A DNA stretch of 64,000 nucleotides from assembly GCF_037157805.1 (NCBI RefSeq), contig NZ_CP089983.1. One strand, written 5' to 3'. Origin of the DNA: Pendulispora rubella (GTDB lineage: Bacteria; Myxococcota_A; Polyangia; Polyangiales; Polyangiaceae). Under the pieces are notes generated by a model. That model searched no databases, was not told the origin of the DNA, and was given only the letters and a program-made list of their open reading frames with translations. How positions within the stretch are numbered: position 1 is the first letter of the stretch; every line of letters starts with the position of its first letter. A program made the translations under genes and the position numbers. This document shows, piece by piece, positions 57,988 through 64,000 of this stretch.

Positions 57988-59358
57988 CTAGGACGCCGAG
58001 CGCAGAAGCAGTGCGGCCAAAAGTGCGAAGCCCAATAGGCCGATGCCCAGGCCGACGGCGACGCTGCCGACGCGGCCTTCGATCAATTCGGGCGGGAGGC
58101 GGGCGAAGCCGATGCGACCGCGCTTGGCGTGCCGCAGGAGGAGGAGGCCTTCGACCAAGGCGGAGAGGAGCACGGTCCACACGGCGAGGCGCAGGCCGCG
58201 GGCGCGCGCACGGGCGGCCACCATGTGCACGGGGCCGAGGCCATCGAGGACGACGGGGCGCGGGAAGACGCGGGCGGTCATGCGCGCGAGGGTCGGGCGC
58301 AGCTCGCAGGCGGCGGCGGGCGGGGCATACGGGAAGGCCAAGGTGGCGCCGGACAGGTTTTCGGCGCCGTGGGCTTCGCCGGAGGCGATCACGAAGCCCT
58401 TCTCCGGTGCGTCGGTGGGAAAAGGGATGCTCGCGCTGCGCATGCCGCTGCCGTCGACCTTGAGATCCAGGGCGTAGCCGCGCGCGCGCCCCTTCTCGTC
58501 GTCGATTTCGACGTAGGCCACGGGACGTGGGGAGGGACTGCGCACGGTCAGGCTGCCGCCCGCCTCGGGCAACGATACCGAGAAGGCGCCGCCGGCGACG
58601 GGGATCGCGCCGAACCACTCGCCCGCGCGCGCGTTCTTCCCCTTGCCTTCCTCGGCACGAAACGATGCGCCCACGACGTGCGCGCGGGCGGTCATCGCCA
58701 CCTCCGCCCAACCGTTGTCGCAGGTGCGGGCCGTCGGCGTGGCCACCTCGAGCCCTGGCTCGGGCTCCACCGTGATGCGCACGTTGCCCAGCGCCGCACC
58801 CGTCGCCGCATCGGTCGCGCGCACCAGCACGCGCGAGGGAAACTCGGCGGCGAGCGCGCGGCCGATCACCAGCGCGTCCAGCGCAATGGTCCCTGCGCGA
58901 CGGTTCGCCGCGAGAAACGTCGGCGTGCGCTCGTCGATGGAATCGGTCCGCTGCGGCGGCACGGTCACCATGCCGTGTGCGAAGTCCTCGCCGGTGCGCG
59001 CCGCGACCACTTGCGCCGCGAGCCGTTCGCCCGGGGCGACCCCCTCCAGCGCGAGCCAGGCCTCCGCCACACCGTCGGCGTTGGTCATGCCTTCCCACGT
59101 CGCCCCGTGCCCGCCCTGCTGCGTCACCGACACCCGCAGCGGCTCGTTCGGCACCGGCTCCTTGACGCCGCGATCTTCGCGCATCAGCGCCACGGTCCAC
59201 GCGAGGCCGTGCTGCCCCGATGCCGGCGGTGCACCGTACACGCGGGCCGCGCGCGCATCGTGCGAGGCACCGATACGAAGGCCCAGCGCGATCACCACCA
59301 CGGAGATCGCCGGTGGGCAGACGAGCAGGGCGCGCTCCCAGCGCGGGTTCATTTTCAT
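57988..59358 (-). CDS. Hypothetical membrane protein (N-terminal TM, large extracytoplasmic domain, C-terminal TM pair)
   Basis: Start MKMNPRWERALLVCPPAISVVVIALGL; C-terminal LAVWTVLLSALVEGLLLL and SVAVGLGIGLLGFALLAALLL. Overlaps the upstream esterase gene end by 4 nt (operon). Confidence 0.45.
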   Translation of the reverse strand: MKMNPRWERALLVCPPAISVVVIALGLRIGASHDARAARVYGAPPASGQHGLAWTVALMREDRGVKEPVPNEPLRVSVTQQGGHGATWEGMTNADGVAEAWLALEGVAPGERLAAQVVAARTGEDFAHGMVTVPPQRTDSIDERTPTFLAANRRAGTIALDALVIGRALAAEFPSRVLVRATDAATGAALGNVRITVEPEPGLEVATPTARTCDNGWAEVAMTARAHVVGASFRAEEGKGKNARAGEWFGAIPVAGGAFSVSLPEAGGSLTVRSPSPRPVAYVEIDDEKGRARGYALDLKVDGSGMRSASIPFPTDAPEKGFVIASGEAHGAENLSGATLAFPYAPPAAACELRPTLARMTARVFPRPVVLDGLGPVHMVAARARARGLRLAVWTVLLSALVEGLLLLRHAKRGRIGFARLPPELIEGRVGSVAVGLGIGLLGFALLAALLLRSAS

Positions 59359-61031
59359 CGTGGGGACGGTGATACTACCGGGGCCATCACGGAAGCCGGA
59401 ACCGAGATGCCCTCCCAACGCACATCGGCTTTCACATTCGGATCCACGGTGATGGGCGGCGGCATCGCCGGCGATGTCCCCAGCGCCCCACGCGCGAGCT
59501 CGATGGATCGCACGCCACTCGCCGTGAGCACGTGCACCGACTCACCACGACGCTCGATGTCGACGAACGCATCTCCGACGCCCACCCGCGCGATCTTCAC
59601 GCCATACGCCCCCGTATCCGTGGGCCGCGCGCTGCGGTAGCTCACGCGGGACACCGTGACAGGCACGCGCGCCTCGGCGGCTTGGCCCACGACTTCCGCG
59701 ATGAAGCGCGCCACCAGCGCACCGTCATGCCCCATGTGCGGAACCCGATCGTGGCGCACCGAGAAACCTCGATCGCGCAGCACGCGGGCGAGCATCGCAC
59801 TCTGCGCCGGCGGCGAGACGCGGTCGTCGTCGCCATGCACGAGCCATACGGCCAAGTGCCGCCCGTTCTCCGCCACGTCGAGCGCGTTCACCAGGTGTGC
59901 GGCCGCCTCGTTCGGGAGGATGCTCTTCACGTAGGTGCTCGTGTCGTATTTCGAGTCGCCGAAAAAGCTGGTGACGCTGGCAAACTTGTCCGGGTGGTGA
60001 AACCCGATGGTCGTCGCCCCCGCCCCGCCCATCGATGCACCCCAGATCGAGATGCGGCGTGGATCGATGGCCACCGCCTGCGAGACAGTGTCGATGGCCC
60101 GCATCACCTCGTCCTCGGCCGCCGCCGTGTAGAGCGAGTTGCCCAGGCCGCTCGGCATGAGCAGCACCACGTCACGCGCCGCCGCCTCGCGAAGAAGGTC
60201 GGCGTACGCGCCGTAGGTCCACATCGTCCCGTTCCATGGGTGCGTGCCCACGAGAAGCGCGGACGGCTTTTTGATGTCGTGCCCCGGTGGAATGAACACC
60301 ACCGCCTTCCCTCCGCCCGCCGCGGCGTGCGGCGACGAAAAGGACAGGAGCCCCAAGCCCTCTCGCGATTCGATTTGCGCCCCGAATGTCGGCGCCTGCC
60401 CGCACACGATGCGGTGCTCGTACGCGCCCACGTGGATCTCGATCTCCACGTCGTGGGCGCGCTCGGGGCGCGGCGGCAGCGGCACCACCACCGGGCCATT
60501 TCCACCCGTGGGCACCGCGGTGCCGTTCACCAGGATGCGACCGCGGCCCGCACAAACGGGGATCTCCAACGCCACGCGCTCCCCACCGGCGACTTGAAAG
60601 CGCACCGCGTACAGGCCCGTCGGCAGGTTGTTCCGCGCCAAATCCGCCCAGGTGAGCGCTTTGTACGTCCGACGCGTGCCCCAGGCCCCGCTTGCGGGGC
60701 CGTTCCTGACGGGCGTGGGGGCGGCCCCGAGCTCCACGGCGTGAAGCTCGGTCCCTTGCACCGAGGCATGGAGCGGGATGGCACCCGTCAGCGTAGGCGC
60801 GTTCGCGCTGGTTGCTCCAGCAGCGTTTCCCGCGGAGGAACTTCCCGCGTCACCCCCGGCCGGAGCCGGCGGAGGGCGCACGCTGGTCGCAGGCCCCACG
60901 GTGACGGCGGCTGCGTCCACGGGCGCCGCGAAAACCTTGGTCGGAAGACCAAAGCTCGCGAAAACCCCCACCGTGGCGAGCACGGCACAACGCATCCCTC
61001 CTCTTTTCATCGATGTGCCTTGGTAGCGCAA
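59355..61031 (-). CDS. Secreted alpha/beta-hydrolase (esterase/peptidase S9-like)
   Basis: Signal MKRGGMRCAVLATVGVFASFGLPTKVFAAP; nucleophile elbow GASMGG, downstream Asp/His (VHGDDDRVSP, HMGHDG). Start may be an internal Met (61013 or 60995). Confidence 0.7.
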   Translation of the reverse strand: MRYQGTSMKRGGMRCAVLATVGVFASFGLPTKVFAAPVDAAAVTVGPATSVRPPPAPAGGDAGSSSAGNAAGATSANAPTLTGAIPLHASVQGTELHAVELGAAPTPVRNGPASGAWGTRRTYKALTWADLARNNLPTGLYAVRFQVAGGERVALEIPVCAGRGRILVNGTAVPTGGNGPVVVPLPPRPERAHDVEIEIHVGAYEHRIVCGQAPTFGAQIESREGLGLLSFSSPHAAAGGGKAVVFIPPGHDIKKPSALLVGTHPWNGTMWTYGAYADLLREAAARDVVLLMPSGLGNSLYTAAAEDEVMRAIDTVSQAVAIDPRRISIWGASMGGAGATTIGFHHPDKFASVTSFFGDSKYDTSTYVKSILPNEAAAHLVNALDVAENGRHLAVWLVHGDDDRVSPPAQSAMLARVLRDRGFSVRHDRVPHMGHDGALVARFIAEVVGQAAEARVPVTVSRVSYRSARPTDTGAYGVKIARVGVGDAFVDIERRGESVHVLTASGVRSIELARGALGTSPAMPPPITVDPNVKADVRWEGISVPASVMAPVVSPSPR

Positions 61032-61074
61032 GCCCCCTTGTCAACGCTCGCCGTTCGCACCAGCATCGTGCGCG

Positions 61075-61767
61075 ATGCTGAACGCTAGCGCTACAACGAC
61101 ACAGGCTGCTTCCGAGGAGAGCGAAAAAGTGGGAACCAAACTGGGAGGCGCCAGCTTTTTGCGCGCCCGAATTGGCTCACTCCTCGCGATTTTGCCGCTC
61201 GGCATCTGGTCCGTCGTCCACATCTGGAACAACCTATCGGCCTTTCAAGGGGCGGACGCCTGGGAAAAATCCGTCACGTCGTATCCACATCCGGTCGCCC
61301 AGGTCATCACCGCCATCGTGGTGCTTCTCCCCCTGCTGATCCATTCGGTCTGGGGCATTGGCCGCCTGCTCAGTGCGCGGCCCAACAACGTCCGGTACGG
61401 CTTCTACACCAACCTGAAGTATGCCCTTCAGCGGGTCACCGCGATCGGCCTGCTCCTGTTCATCATCGCGCACCTCTGGCTGGCGTGGGTTCATCCCCGC
61501 TTCGTCGAGGGCCATGCCGAGGCCTTCGCCGACATCAGCCATGAAATGCATTTTCACATGCCGACCTTGGTCGTCTACGTGTTGGGCACCCTCGGGCTGG
61601 CCTACCACCTGGCCAACGGGCTGCACACCTTCTGCATGGGCTGGGGCATCGTGGAGAGCCGCCGGTCCCTCAAGAAGCTCGAGTGGGTCATCCTGGGCTT
61701 CTTTCTCGTTCTGCTGACGATGAGCTGGGGTGCGATTTACGCACTTTACAGCGCCGCCGCGCCCTGA
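61075..61767 (+). CDS. Dihaem cytochrome b subunit of succinate dehydrogenase/fumarate reductase, b558 (Bacillus SdhC) family
   Basis: Collinear similarity to B. subtilis SdhC: SFLRARIGSLLAILPLGIWSVVH vs FYFRRLHSLLGVIPVGIFLIQH; IHSVWG vs YHAVYG; LQRVTAIG; YHLANGLHTFCMGWGI vs FHFSNGLWSFAVTWGI. No sdhA/sdhB follow. Confidence 0.6.
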   Translation: MLNASATTTQAASEESEKVGTKLGGASFLRARIGSLLAILPLGIWSVVHIWNNLSAFQGADAWEKSVTSYPHPVAQVITAIVVLLPLLIHSVWGIGRLLSARPNNVRYGFYTNLKYALQRVTAIGLLLFIIAHLWLAWVHPRFVEGHAEAFADISHEMHFHMPTLVVYVLGTLGLAYHLANGLHTFCMGWGIVESRRSLKKLEWVILGFFLVLLTMSWGAIYALYSAAAP

Positions 61768-61871
61768 ACGGGCCCAAGCCGCCAATCCAAGCCCGCCCAA
61801 GCCCACCCGCCGAGCGTCTTCTTTCGGCTGGGCGTTGTCTCCGGCTCGAGCCGGGGGTAACGTTATGGCAT

Positions 61872-63809
<1,938 letters not shown>

Positions 63810-63840
63810 CGAAGCGCGGGCGTCGCGCTATGCTTTCGCC

Positions 63841-64000
63841 ATGGCCAACATAGCGTTCAAGCGAGGCGACGCGACGTGGGAGGACCTGTTGGCCATCCCG
63901 GAGGACGAGCGTTACCACGAGGTCGTCGACGGGGAGATCGTCGAGAAGGCGCATCCGTCGTTCGACCACGGATTCGCACAGGGCGCGCTCATTTCCACCT
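63841..64000 (+). CDS. Uma2-family (DUF820) endonuclease-like protein, 5' part; continues beyond window end
   Basis: MANIAFKRGDATWEDLLAIPEDERYHEVVDGEIVEKAHPSFDHGFAQGALIST matches Uma2 N-terminal consensus; second paralog in the window. Confidence 0.65.
   Translation, partial: MANIAFKRGDATWEDLLAIPEDERYHEVVDGEIVEKAHPSFDHGFAQGALIST

Overview
64 kb high-GC (~70%) bacterial chromosomal segment, gene-dense on both strands. The gene content suggests a myxobacterium-like deltaproteobacterium; this is an inference from the mix of Hanks Ser/Thr kinase, sigma-54 enhancer-binding regulator, FGE-domain lipoprotein, Uma2 endonucleases and many lipoproteins. All product calls come from reading the six-frame translations for family-diagnostic motifs; no database search was run. 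Coordinates derived by counting from the sequence lines may be off by 1-2 nt. Many long antisense ORFs are high-GC artefacts.

Recognisable content, in order:
- Glutathione S-transferase (truncated at the window start).
- A TPM-domain gene translationally coupled to a double Tim44-like/zinc-ribbon membrane protein.
- A lipoprotein GH15 glucoamylase.
- A minus-strand two-component operon: NtrC-type regulator, FGE-domain lipoprotein, sensor histidine kinase, lipoprotein.
- Uma2-family endonuclease, Fe-alcohol dehydrogenase, and a divergent agmatinase / glutamine-synthetase-like pair.
- aspS, a VWA-domain lipoprotein, and an orphan HAMP histidine kinase.
- A small ORF coupled to a zeta-toxin-like P-loop kinase (putative toxin-antitoxin pair).
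- TlpA-like thioredoxin, an orphan ABC ATPase, PhaR, and an ECF sigma / zinc anti-sigma pair.
- A co-directional envelope block: flotillin (SPFH), a 1,270-aa AsmA/TamB-like protein, a lipoprotein, and a 1,146-aa TolB-propeller/TPR protein.
- A homoprotocatechuate-type meta-cleavage cluster (ADC-like, ALDH, LigB-type dioxygenase divergent from FAH-family and glutamine-synthetase-like genes), with an 18-bp perfect palindrome in the shared promoter and a MarR gene nearby.
- ggt-marR divergent from gshB, a dual-FHA protein, an aromatic-amino-acid decarboxylase, a PaoABC-like Tat-exported aldehyde oxidoreductase, a Zn-alcohol dehydrogenase, a secreted alpha/beta hydrolase, an orphan SdhC-like cytochrome b, and a Ser/Thr kinase with an N-terminal sensor domain.

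Non-coding highlights:
- Two copies of a roughly 110-135 bp inverted-repeat (MITE/REP-like) element at 13.7 kb and 23.2 kb.
- A perfect (TCGTGA)~10 hexanucleotide microsatellite nested inside a 16-bp inverted repeat at 6.4-6.55 kb.
- A TTGC/GCAGG repeat cluster downstream of phaR.

No rRNA, tRNA or CRISPR array was recognised.
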